Positions 32,421 to 40,711 of a DNA stretch of 64,000 bases are shown here, in pieces; positions within the stretch are counted from its first letter, which is position 1; each line of letters opens with the position of its first letter. The stretch is taken from assembly GCA_963786955.1 (NCBI GenBank), contig CAWBAT010000006.1, forward strand, positions 128,001-192,000, read 5' to 3'. The translations under genes were made by a program, and so were the position numbers. This DNA comes from an uncultured Acidimicrobiia bacterium. Its GTDB lineage: Bacteria > Acidobacteriota > Terriglobia > Versatilivoradales > Versatilivoraceae. Below the pieces are notes generated by a model. The model was not told the DNA's origin, ran no database searches, and was given only the letters and a program-made list of their open reading frames with translations.

Positions 32421-32865
32421 AGAAATGGGGTAGAAATGGGGTCACATCTTTAGAAATGGGGTCATAGAAATGGGGTCACATCTTTCTTTTTTCTAAATAT
32501 TTCAACGCCTGTTTCAGCACTCTTTTCAGCTTTGGGTCCTCGCTGTGACCTGCTTCAAACTCACGGGGATCGCCCGACTATGGTTGCGCTCGCTCGTCTC
32601 CACCCCCAGGTGAAAATGATTGTCCGTCCGCACATAGCACCAGGGCCGAAGCTAGAAACGCTCGCTTGGTTCGGCCAGTAATGCGCGAAAATTCAACCGG
32701 TCAATCTCGTCCCGGTAAAGGACGCGGCGTTCATTGCCACGCGCTGTTACGTGGTAACAACTGCCGGCCAGATGGATCCGCAAGGGTCGGCTCATCAGGC
32801 CCCATCTTGTCTCCGCAGCGAGAACTCGTCAATCCATTTAAGAACAAAGAAAGATGTGACCCCAT
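32421..32865 (-). mobile_element. Internally deleted Y1/RAYT-type (IS200-like) transposase element with 20-bp inverted repeats
   Basis: ATG at 32795 gives MSRPLRIHLAGSCYHVTARGNERR..., an internal stop, then DNHFHL (HUH). ATGGGGTCACATCTTTCTTT at 32470-32489 is inverted at 32846-32865. Confidence 0.8.
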
Positions 32866-32973
32866 ACTCTCCCTCGGACCACGGGCCTGTCTGGCTACAA
32901 AACACATGAGGATGACAGACAAGGTTGGCTGCATATCATAACCCACCGCCAAAAAAAAATCAGGCCGTCGCGC

Positions 32974-34320
32974 TTAATGGCCGCCCATCGGGCGGCCGCT
33001 GGTCATCGACTCGCACTTGCTCAGTTTCGGCCAGGCGTAACCGTAGAGGGACACGAAGGCGAAGCAGGCCAACGGCACTACGAAGGCGCGCGACATGCCA
33101 TAAAGATCGCCGACATGGCCCATCAGCTTGGGTAGGATCGCGCCGCCCATAATGGCCATTACGATGAAGGCCGAGGCCTTCTTGGCCCGGAGGCCCAGGC
33201 CGTGGATACCCAGAGCGAAAATGGTCGGAAACATGATCGACATGAAGAAGTAACTGAGGAACACGCAGATCACCGAGAACCAGCCCAGTTTGAGGACCAC
33301 GAGCAGGCAGACCATGACGTTAATCAGGCCATATAGGCCCAGCACCTTGTGGGCGGCAAACTTCTTGAGGATGGCAGCGCCGCTGAACCGGCCGGCCAGA
33401 AAGCAAACGAAACCGAGGGAAGCCAGATTGGCAGCACCCTTGTCGGACAGCGTGAGGGAGCCCGCCTTGCCCGCTTCAAACCAGTTTCTTAGGGTGCCGG
33501 AGGTCCACGCATCCGGAACCGGCGGCGTTTGCGACGTCATGTAGTTGATGAAGAAGCTGAAGATGCCGGCCTGGGCGGCCACGTAAAGGAATTGAGCCGC
33601 CACCGCCATCACGAAGTGCGAATGCGTCCAGATGGAATGAGAGGCATTCGACATGGAATCGTCCAGGTGGTAATCGTCCTCCATTTTCACTTCCGGGACA
33701 GGGGCGAAGTAGAAGATCGCGGCCAGGATGATCACCACCACACCCACAGCGGCGTAGGGAATCCACAGCGTCTGCGCCGCGGTGCTCGCGCCGCTGGCGT
33801 CCTTGCTGTAGAAAAACGCGGCGCCAGCAATGGGACCGAAAATCCAGCCGATGCCGTTGCAGGACTGGGCGAGATTGATGCGGGTGGCCGCGAAGCGCAG
33901 GTCTCCGAGCACCGTAGTATAAGGGTTGGCAACCGTCTCGAGGAAGGTCAAGCCCGCGGCGATGACGCACACGCCGAGCAGGAAAGCCCAGAAAGAAGCG
34001 ATTTGGGTCGCCGGGAAGAACCAGAACCCACCCACCGCCACCATCAGCAGACCCACAATGATGCCGCCTTTGTAGCCGAGCTTCGTAGCCAGCCAGCCGG
34101 CCGGCAGCGCCATCAGAAAGTAGCCGAGGTAGTGCGCAAACTGCACCCAGGCGGATTGGGCCAGCGTCAAGTGGAGTTCGCTCTGAAAGTGCTTGTCCAT
34201 CACGTCGATCATGCCGTTGCAGAAGCCCCAGAGCAAGAATAACGAGCTGACGAGGATGAACGTGACCACCACGTTCGTACCGTCAGCAAGAACGAACATG
34301 CTTTTCTGTTGATCGCTCAT
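32974..34320 (-). CDS. fucP: L-fucose:H+ symporter-family MFS permease
   Basis: SLFLLWGF, FLETVANPY, RINLAQSCNGIG, FLYVAAQ, MSIMFPTIFALG. Confidence 0.88.
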   Translation of the reverse strand: MSDQQKSMFVLADGTNVVVTFILVSSLFLLWGFCNGMIDVMDKHFQSELHLTLAQSAWVQFAHYLGYFLMALPAGWLATKLGYKGGIIVGLLMVAVGGFWFFPATQIASFWAFLLGVCVIAAGLTFLETVANPYTTVLGDLRFAATRINLAQSCNGIGWIFGPIAGAAFFYSKDASGASTAAQTLWIPYAAVGVVVIILAAIFYFAPVPEVKMEDDYHLDDSMSNASHSIWTHSHFVMAVAAQFLYVAAQAGIFSFFINYMTSQTPPVPDAWTSGTLRNWFEAGKAGSLTLSDKGAANLASLGFVCFLAGRFSGAAILKKFAAHKVLGLYGLINVMVCLLVVLKLGWFSVICVFLSYFFMSIMFPTIFALGIHGLGLRAKKASAFIVMAIMGGAILPKLMGHVGDLYGMSRAFVVPLACFAFVSLYGYAWPKLSKCESMTSGRPMGGH

Positions 34321-34523
34321 TATTCTTTGTCCTTTCGCCAGGTTGTGAGGCGGGCAGACTAGCAGACCCGGCCCGACTTCGTCAAACACGTAAGCAAACC
34401 TGTAAGCAAACCTGTCCTTCAACAAGACCCCATCCGCTCCAATGTGAACTAGATCCGTAACAGAGGGTTTTCGTCCGGCACAATCACCCAGATTTCGTGC
34501 TCCCTTGTGGGATGGCGTTCCAT

Positions 34524-34607
34524 TGGCCGTATTACGGCGTCATCGGAAACTGACAGCTCTGCGGATGGGCTACCATTTGAAGTTTCCGGTTAGCCGACTA
34601 CACAACC
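34524..34607 (+). repeat. Island palindromic element, copy 6 (subfamily A)
   Basis: TGGCCGTATTACGGCGTCATCGGAAACTGACAGCT...AGTTTCCGGTTAGCCGACTACACAACC. Confidence 0.85.
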
Positions 34608-34860
34608 AAATTGTCAGTCAGCTTAAAGGACGTGATGAGTTCCGGCCCGCTATTCGTGGATCGGGGTGCTCGCCAGCATTGCCCCTCTCCGCTTGGCCGG
34701 CACACCCAGAATAAAGTACTCGACGGGCAGAATGGAACGATCTACCATCGAGTGGTGGCCAGTATCTGAACTGGTTGTCTCAGCCGCGGGGGCAAGCGCA
34801 TCGGCCATCCTCATCCTCGACGGAGTGTTGCGGCCGGCGTTATAGCAAAAGGAGAATCAC

Positions 34861-35811
34861 ATGGCTGAAAAGAAGATCATTGCGGTGTTGGGCGCTACAG
34901 GCGCTCAGGGCGGCGGTCTCGTACGCGCGATTTTGAGCAATCCGAATGGGGGCTTTGCCGCGCGAGTTATTACGCGCGACGTCAACTCCGATAAAGCGAA
35001 AGAGCTGGCAAAGTTGGGCGCTGAGGTCGTTGCGGCCGACATCGATGATGCCAAGAGCCTCGAGACAGCGTTTCAAGGCGCCTATGGCGCGTTCTGTGTT
35101 ACGTTCTATTGGGCGCACTTCTCGCCCGAAAAGGAGTTAGCCCAGGCCACCGCCATGGCCCACGCCGCTAAGCGCGCCGACAACCAGCACGTCATCTGGT
35201 CCAGCTTAGAAGACACGCGCAAGTGGGTGCCTCTCAGCGACAATCGCATGCCCACCCTCATGGGTAAATACAAGGTGCCGCACTTCGACGCCAAGGGCGA
35301 GGCCGACCAGGTATTCATCGGGCTGGGCCTGCCTGTGACTATCCTGCTTGCTTCGTTTTACTGGGACAACTTCGTCCACTTCGGCATGGGTCCCAAGAGG
35401 GGCCCGGACGGCAAGTTGGCTATCACGCTACCCATGGGTGGCAAGAAGCTTGCTGGCATCGCCGCTGAGGATATCGGCAAATGTGCCCTGGGCATCTTCA
35501 AGGATCGTCGCGAGTACATCGGCAAGACGGTCGGCATCGCTGGCGAGCATTTAACCGGTGTGCAGATGGCCGCCACGCTCACCAGGGCGTTGGGTCAAGA
35601 GGTGCGCTACAACGATGTATCACCGGACGTCTATCGCGGCTTTGGTTTCCCAGGAGCCGAGGATCTGGGCAATATGTTCCAGTTCTATCGCGATTTCGAG
35701 GAGTATTTCTGCGGCGCCCGCAATCTCGGGACCTCTCGCGCCCTGAACCCTTCTCTGCGGACATTTGAAGCGTGGCTCGCCGAAAACAAGAACCGCATTC
35801 CGCTCGAATAA
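34861..35811 (+). CDS. NmrA/HSCARG-family NAD(P)-binding protein
   Basis: IAVLGATGAQGGG, VPHFDAK. AGGAG ribosome-binding site. Confidence 0.92.
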   Translation: MAEKKIIAVLGATGAQGGGLVRAILSNPNGGFAARVITRDVNSDKAKELAKLGAEVVAADIDDAKSLETAFQGAYGAFCVTFYWAHFSPEKELAQATAMAHAAKRADNQHVIWSSLEDTRKWVPLSDNRMPTLMGKYKVPHFDAKGEADQVFIGLGLPVTILLASFYWDNFVHFGMGPKRGPDGKLAITLPMGGKKLAGIAAEDIGKCALGIFKDRREYIGKTVGIAGEHLTGVQMAATLTRALGQEVRYNDVSPDVYRGFGFPGAEDLGNMFQFYRDFEEYFCGARNLGTSRALNPSLRTFEAWLAENKNRIPLE

Positions 35812-35907
35812 GTTAAGACCTTGCACCGGGCCGTAGGGGCTTGCAACGCCTCTTACGAAGGTCGGCTTGGGATTCTAAGCTTCGAAAGCGCTCTTCCGGA
35901 GGGCAAA

Positions 35908-36807
35908 ATGAAAACCCGTCAAGTCGTCTCCACTGTCGCAGCAATTCTCGCAGCTTTTGGCATCGGCTATTCCGCACCAAGGGCCGCTCGCGTCCTTGGC
36001 ACACCGTCCAGTCTCGGCAACGGCACTGTCGCAAGCTATGCCGAGTTCGACAAGTCCGGCGCCCCGAAGGCAATCGGCGTGGTCTTTTCGGCCGGCGCCC
36101 TGGACGCCTTGCCGGCGGCGCCGTCTGACGGGCATCGTTGCTTCGACGCCAACAACGACGGTGTGATCGACCTCGCCACCGAATGCTCGGGCTGGCACGA
36201 GCGCGTCCTTCCCGTTCCGAGCGAGGCCAGCAGTCGGCTGGATGTCCCGTTCAAGTGGGCTCTGCTCAACTGGAACCCCCGCGGGCACATCCCGCCAGGC
36301 GTGTTCGACACGCCTCACTTCGACGTTCATTTCTATATCGAGCCGATTGAGAACATCTTCGCTATCCAGCGGGGAACCTGCGGCCCCGAAATGGTTCGGT
36401 GCGACCAGTTCGCGCTGGCACGCAAGCCCGTGCCGGGAAACTACCTGCCTCCGAATTTCCAGGACCTGGGGCTGGTCGCACCGGCCATGGGCAATCATCT
36501 GGTCGACCCGACGGATCACGTATTCCACGGCGAAAAGTTCAAACGCCATTGGATCTATGGCGCCTACGACGGCCGGGTCATCTTCTACGAGGAGATGGTC
36601 GACCGCGGCTACATGTTGTCGAAGCCCGACGTGTGCTTCCCGATCCAGTCACCTGACGCCGTTGCACTAACCGGGTACTACCCGACCCGGTCGTGCGTTC
36701 GCTACGCGCCCAGGAAAGACGAATACACAGTCTCCATGGAGGATTTCGTGCTTCGCAAGGCGAGCCCTCCCGGGCCGGCTCGGGACACGGCGAGCGGCAA
36801 GCCGTAG
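35908..36807 (+). CDS. Secreted DUF5602/TTHB210-like protein
   Basis: Signal peptide, LNWNPRGHIP, PHFDVHFY, PAMGNH, IYGAYDGRVIFYEEM. Confidence 0.72.
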   Translation: MKTRQVVSTVAAILAAFGIGYSAPRAARVLGTPSSLGNGTVASYAEFDKSGAPKAIGVVFSAGALDALPAAPSDGHRCFDANNDGVIDLATECSGWHERVLPVPSEASSRLDVPFKWALLNWNPRGHIPPGVFDTPHFDVHFYIEPIENIFAIQRGTCGPEMVRCDQFALARKPVPGNYLPPNFQDLGLVAPAMGNHLVDPTDHVFHGEKFKRHWIYGAYDGRVIFYEEMVDRGYMLSKPDVCFPIQSPDAVALTGYYPTRSCVRYAPRKDEYTVSMEDFVLRKASPPGPARDTASGKP

Positions 36808-36967
36808 TACGTACTTGCGGTTTGTTCACTCGATGAAAACGAGCATGGCTGTCCACCCGAAAAACCTCGTATCCTTTGATTGATAAGAAGTTAGAGAAGT
36901 TGTAAGGGCGGCCCACCTCTTGCGCACCTAAGTTATTTTTTCCAAATGCAGTCAACAAGTTGATAGA

Positions 36968-37013
36968 ATTCGCAATCGGCAGGTCATCAGTTCAATTCCG
37001 ATCGTCAGATCAA
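36968..37013 (+). repeat. attR-like degenerate copy of the tRNA-Thr 3' half
   Basis: ATTCGCAATCGGCAGGTCATCAGTTCAATTCCGATCGTCAGATCAA, with 6 mismatches to 15040-15085. Confidence 0.9.
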
Positions 37014-37200
37014 TACTATTAAATTATATTTTATCAATGACTTGAGTCACTGAAATTAATCTAATAATTAATATATAGAAGCAATCTGAAGAAGAACAAT
37101 TTGAAAGTCCAGCTCCGTATTAGGGTGCCTAGAGCCAGTAAACGCCGGAACCTAATACTCCATGTCGGATAGCAGGGCCCAGATCATTAAGGAGTGCTCC

Positions 37201-37533
37201 ATGCTCTATCATTGGCTCATCTTAACGATAGTCCTTTTAATCGTCTCTTATCTCTATTCCGGCCTGCGTGTCGATAACCTCCCTTCGGCCATTATAGGCG
37301 CCGCGGTTCTCGGGATCCTCAATACGCTCGTCCGTCCAGTCCTCCAGTTCTTTGCCCTGCCCATCACTATTCTGACACTAGGTATTTTCTATTTCGTAGT
37401 TAACGGACTGATGTTGTACTGGACTGCGTCTCTTGTGAAGGGTTTTGCTGTCAAGAGTTTTGGTTCTGCAATGGTTGCATCCATCCTGGTCAGCCTGGTC
37501 AGCCTTCTACTCAATTACCTTCTCAGTCGCTGA
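37201..37533 (+). CDS. YvlD/phage-holin-family 4-TM membrane protein
   Basis: LGILNTLVRPVL, LPITILTLGIF, VKGFAV. AAGGAG ribosome-binding site. Confidence 0.88.
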   Translation: MLYHWLILTIVLLIVSYLYSGLRVDNLPSAIIGAAVLGILNTLVRPVLQFFALPITILTLGIFYFVVNGLMLYWTASLVKGFAVKSFGSAMVASILVSLVSLLLNYLLSR

Positions 37534-38193
37534 CAGCTGGAATTGATCCAGTCACCGCAAGTCATGGAACCCTTCGTTCTTCGGTCTCTATTCCTATGCT
37601 GAGCGGTGTAATGGTAGGTCAACCAGAAATTCCCGCTGCAGCGAAATCGACAACGGGCCGCTCCTGACAGAGCTTTGTTTCGCAACGAACAACAAGTTCT
37701 ATTCTATATAGAGGCCGCAGCGCAGCGGCTTTGCCTCGGGTGAAATTTCCGGAGACTATTTCGTTCAAGAAGCCAACGGCACCGTTAGAAGCTCCCGATT
37801 ATAGTAATCAGAGGCAATCTATCCTGAGAACTCCAGAGGAGCGATCCTTGGCTCCGCTGAATCTTCTCGACACATCTGCCTACAAGCCGGTAGCCACGAT
37901 TGACGCCCGCTCTGCGGGAATCGTGGGCTTGTGCCTTGTGGTTGGGCGCAGGCTAATTAAATTCCCTCGATGGTGTTCCGCGCTCCACGATTGACCGGCC
38001 AAACGCGCCATTCAATCGTGGCTACCACTTTCACAAAAAACCGGAATCTAAACCAGGCAGGAGAGCTGTCTCGAAATCGAGAGGTTATTCTTCCAATGAT
38101 GCCGACCGCGATCGACGCTCACGGCCTCTCCAAACTCGCCGTTCTCTCTCTTATGATCAGCCTTCACGAAGGAAAAACCCTCCTCCACTAGAA

Positions 38194-38233
38194 TTCTAAC
38201 AATCTTTTTACGCAATCTTAATGAACTCTTTAG
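38194..38233 (+). promoter_or_regulatory. Putative KdpE-binding direct repeats
   Basis: Four T-rich heptamers at 11-bp period (TTCTAAC, TTTTTAC, TCTTAAT, TCTTTAG) upstream of the kdp operon, OmpR-family style. Confidence 0.55.
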
Positions 38234-38349
38234 GAAGCATTTATGACTTCCTAATGTACCGGAAACTATAGTGCACACTGACTGCTGGAACTCATTTATG
38301 GAGCAATTGAAGCCAGCAAACAAAGATAGGACGACAGCGGAGGTAGCAA

Positions 38350-38562
38350 ATGCTCATGACATGTGAAAGCGTGATTAGACATGTATCCCAGGTCACTCGG
38401 CTGACCCCAGCCACATTACTCGTCTTCTTCCCGGCTCGAGTGGAGAAAATAGCCAGTCAAATGAGGCGAAACATCCTGCTTTTATCGAGAGACCTCGACG
38501 GATTTGTTTCACTCTGCCTGGCACGATTCATCGTCTGGAGACAGACGCACAAAAATCGTTGA
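38350..38562 (+). CDS. Possible small hypothetical protein
   Basis: GGAGGT lies 5 bp before the ATG. No recognisable motif. Confidence 0.3.
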   Translation: MLMTCESVIRHVSQVTRLTPATLLVFFPARVEKIASQMRRNILLLSRDLDGFVSLCLARFIVWRQTHKNR

Positions 38563-38592
38563 CACCGCCTGCGCCCAAAGGAGGTCGGCCTC

Positions 38593-38676
38593 ATGCTCGA
38601 TATTTTGTTTCTCGCCATTGTAGTCATTTTCTTTCTGTTATCACTCTATTACGTGCAGTTCTGTGAGCGCGTGTAG
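38593..38676 (+). CDS. 27-aa single-TM peptide upstream of kdpF (KdpZ-like)
   Basis: MLDILFLAIVVIFFLLSLYYVQFCERV with AAGGAGG ribosome-binding site. Below the ORF track cutoff. Confidence 0.75.
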   Translation: MLDILFLAIVVIFFLLSLYYVQFCERV

Positions 38677-38688
38677 GAGGAGGGATGA

Positions 38689-38778
38689 ATGAACCAGGAA
38701 TACTGGATCAGCGGTCTTATTAGTGTCGCCTTGTTCGTGTATTTGACTTATGCCCTTCTGAAGCCAGAAAACTTCTAG
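38689..38778 (+). CDS. kdpF: K+-transporting ATPase subunit F
   Basis: MNQEYWISGLISVALFVYLTYALLKPENF has the YLxYALLxPExF signature. GGAGG ribosome-binding site. Confidence 0.92.
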   Translation: MNQEYWISGLISVALFVYLTYALLKPENF

Positions 38779-38876
38779 GGCACAGGCGCCTTTCAGTCGG
38801 CAGGAGGCAAACCCCGACAAGGACGGATGTTGGACAATTGTCGAGAGTCAAATGTTTTATCATGTGGAGGAATAGA

Positions 38877-40667
38877 ATGACAGTCAACGGATTCTTGCAA
38901 CTTGCAATTTATTTCTTGGCGGTTCTAGCCGTGACCAAGCCACTGGGTCTCTTCATGGCAAAATTTTTCTCCGGGGAGCCAACCCTCGCGGGAAAACTCC
39001 TGGGTCCGCTGGAGCGGCTTATTTACCGGATCTGCCGAGTCAACGAACACGAAGAGCAACACTGGACTGCCTACACAGCCGCCATGCTGATATTTAATCT
39101 CGTAGGATTGGTCGTCCTCTACGGCTTTGAGCGCCTGCAATACTATTTGCCCCACAACCCGCAAGGATTTACGGGGGTTGCACCCGACTTGGCTTTTAAC
39201 ACGGCCGTCAGTTTTACCACAAACACGAATTGGCAGGCTTACACAGGTGAAGCCACGATGAGTTACTTCACCCAAATGGCCGGGTTGGCCTTTCATAATT
39301 TTACATCGGCGGCTACCGGTATCGTCCTGGCCGTGGCCTTCATTCGCGGGATCGCGCGTCGTAAAGCCAGCACAATCGGTAATTTCTGGGTAGACTTGAC
39401 GCGCACGACACTCTACCTCTTGCTTCCCATTTGCGTTATTGGAGCGCTGGTTTTGGTATCACAGGGAGTCGTCCAAAACTTCGGTCCTTATACTCAAGCT
39501 ACGTTGGTTGAACCTCAAAAAGTTAAGAAGACCGATGAAAAAGGCATGAAGACGACCGAGACGATAACAACCCAGACGATAGCCCAGGGACCGGTGGCTT
39601 CACAGGAAATCATTAAAATGCTGGGCACGAATGGTGGGGGATTCTTTAATGCCAACTCGTCACATCCCTATGAAAATCCGACACCGCTTTCTAATTTCCT
39701 GGAGATGTTTTGTATCTTTGCCATTTCGTCCGGGTTGACCTATACATTGGGTCGAATGACGGGCAACCAAAAACATGGTTGGGGGGTGTTTGCCGCCATG
39801 GCCTTCCTTTTTCTCGCCGGTTTTTTGGTTACATATTATTTCGAGTCGCAAGGAAATCCAATCTTCAATCAATACGGGATTGACCAGACACCAAATGAGT
39901 CTCCTGGGAAAGAACAATCAGGAGGAAATATGGAAGGCAAGGAGGTCCGCTTTGGGATCATGAATTCGGCTTTGTTTGCCACGGCCACCACAGACGCGTC
40001 TTGTGGTGCCGTCAATTCAATGCACGATTCCTTTACGCCTCTTGGCGGGATGATTCCCCTTCTTAATATCATGCTGGGTGAAATCATCTTTGGAGGGGTG
40101 GGGGCAGGCCTATACGGCATGCTGGTGATGGTCGTCCTGACGGTCTTCATTGCTGGGCTGATGGTGGGGCGGACGCCCGAGTATTTCGGCAAAAAAATCG
40201 AAGCGAAAGACGTTAAATTAGCCATGCTTTATGTTCTGATTTTCGCTCTCTGTATTCTTGGATTCAGCGCCTGGTCGAGCGTCGCCGATTACGGAACGTC
40301 AAAAGTCAACAACACTGGCCCCCATGGACTCTCCGAGATTGTCTACGCCTATACCTCAGCAACCGGGAACAACGGTTCGGCCTTTGCAGGAATCACGGTC
40401 AATACTCTTTGGTACAACACGACATTGGGCTTGGCCATGCTGTTTGGACGATTCTTCATGATTATCCCGATGATGGGTATCGCCGGCAACTTGGCCTCGA
40501 AGAAAGTTACGCCTCCGTCGGCCGGAACGTTCCCGGTTCACACGCCGCTTTTTGTCGGCTTGCTCGTCAGCGTGATCTTGATCGTCGGTGCATTGACCTT
40601 CTTCCCCATGCTCTCCCTTGGGCCGATTGTGGAACATTTTCTGATGAAAGAAGGGACAACTTTCTAG
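38877..40667 (+). CDS. kdpA: K+-transporting ATPase subunit A
   Basis: SFTTNTNWQ, KMLGTNGGG, SCGAVNSMHDS, NNGSAFAG. Confidence 0.97.
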   Translation: MTVNGFLQLAIYFLAVLAVTKPLGLFMAKFFSGEPTLAGKLLGPLERLIYRICRVNEHEEQHWTAYTAAMLIFNLVGLVVLYGFERLQYYLPHNPQGFTGVAPDLAFNTAVSFTTNTNWQAYTGEATMSYFTQMAGLAFHNFTSAATGIVLAVAFIRGIARRKASTIGNFWVDLTRTTLYLLLPICVIGALVLVSQGVVQNFGPYTQATLVEPQKVKKTDEKGMKTTETITTQTIAQGPVASQEIIKMLGTNGGGFFNANSSHPYENPTPLSNFLEMFCIFAISSGLTYTLGRMTGNQKHGWGVFAAMAFLFLAGFLVTYYFESQGNPIFNQYGIDQTPNESPGKEQSGGNMEGKEVRFGIMNSALFATATTDASCGAVNSMHDSFTPLGGMIPLLNIMLGEIIFGGVGAGLYGMLVMVVLTVFIAGLMVGRTPEYFGKKIEAKDVKLAMLYVLIFALCILGFSAWSSVADYGTSKVNNTGPHGLSEIVYAYTSATGNNGSAFAGITVNTLWYNTTLGLAMLFGRFFMIIPMMGIAGNLASKKVTPPSAGTFPVHTPLFVGLLVSVILIVGALTFFPMLSLGPIVEHFLMKEGTTF

Positions 40668-40711
40668 TATAAAAATGTGACTTGATTTTTTTTGGATAGA
40701 GAGAGGAGACC

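Larger units (their letters stand above)
15040..37013. mobile_element. tRNA-Thr-anchored genomic island (~22 kb) with no integrase in cis
   Basis: The tRNA 3' 46 bp (15040-15085) are repeated directly at 36968-37013 with 40/46 identity. Accessory cargo and IS remnants lie between. Confidence 0.85.

Noticed and set aside
15394-34607. Palindromes read as canonical attC sites or as a CRISPR array
   Set aside because: RYYYAAC/GTTRRRY is not conserved across copies, and the bases next to AAC/GTT are paired. Spacing is 1.6-7.7 kb and no cas genes are present.
36968-37013. Second functional tRNA
   Set aside because: Only the 3' half is present, with no D-arm, a mutated T-stem and no CCA. It is an att scar.
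37540-38190. Short ORFs in the gap before the kdp promoter
   Set aside because: No RBS, motif or coherent structure that I can support.
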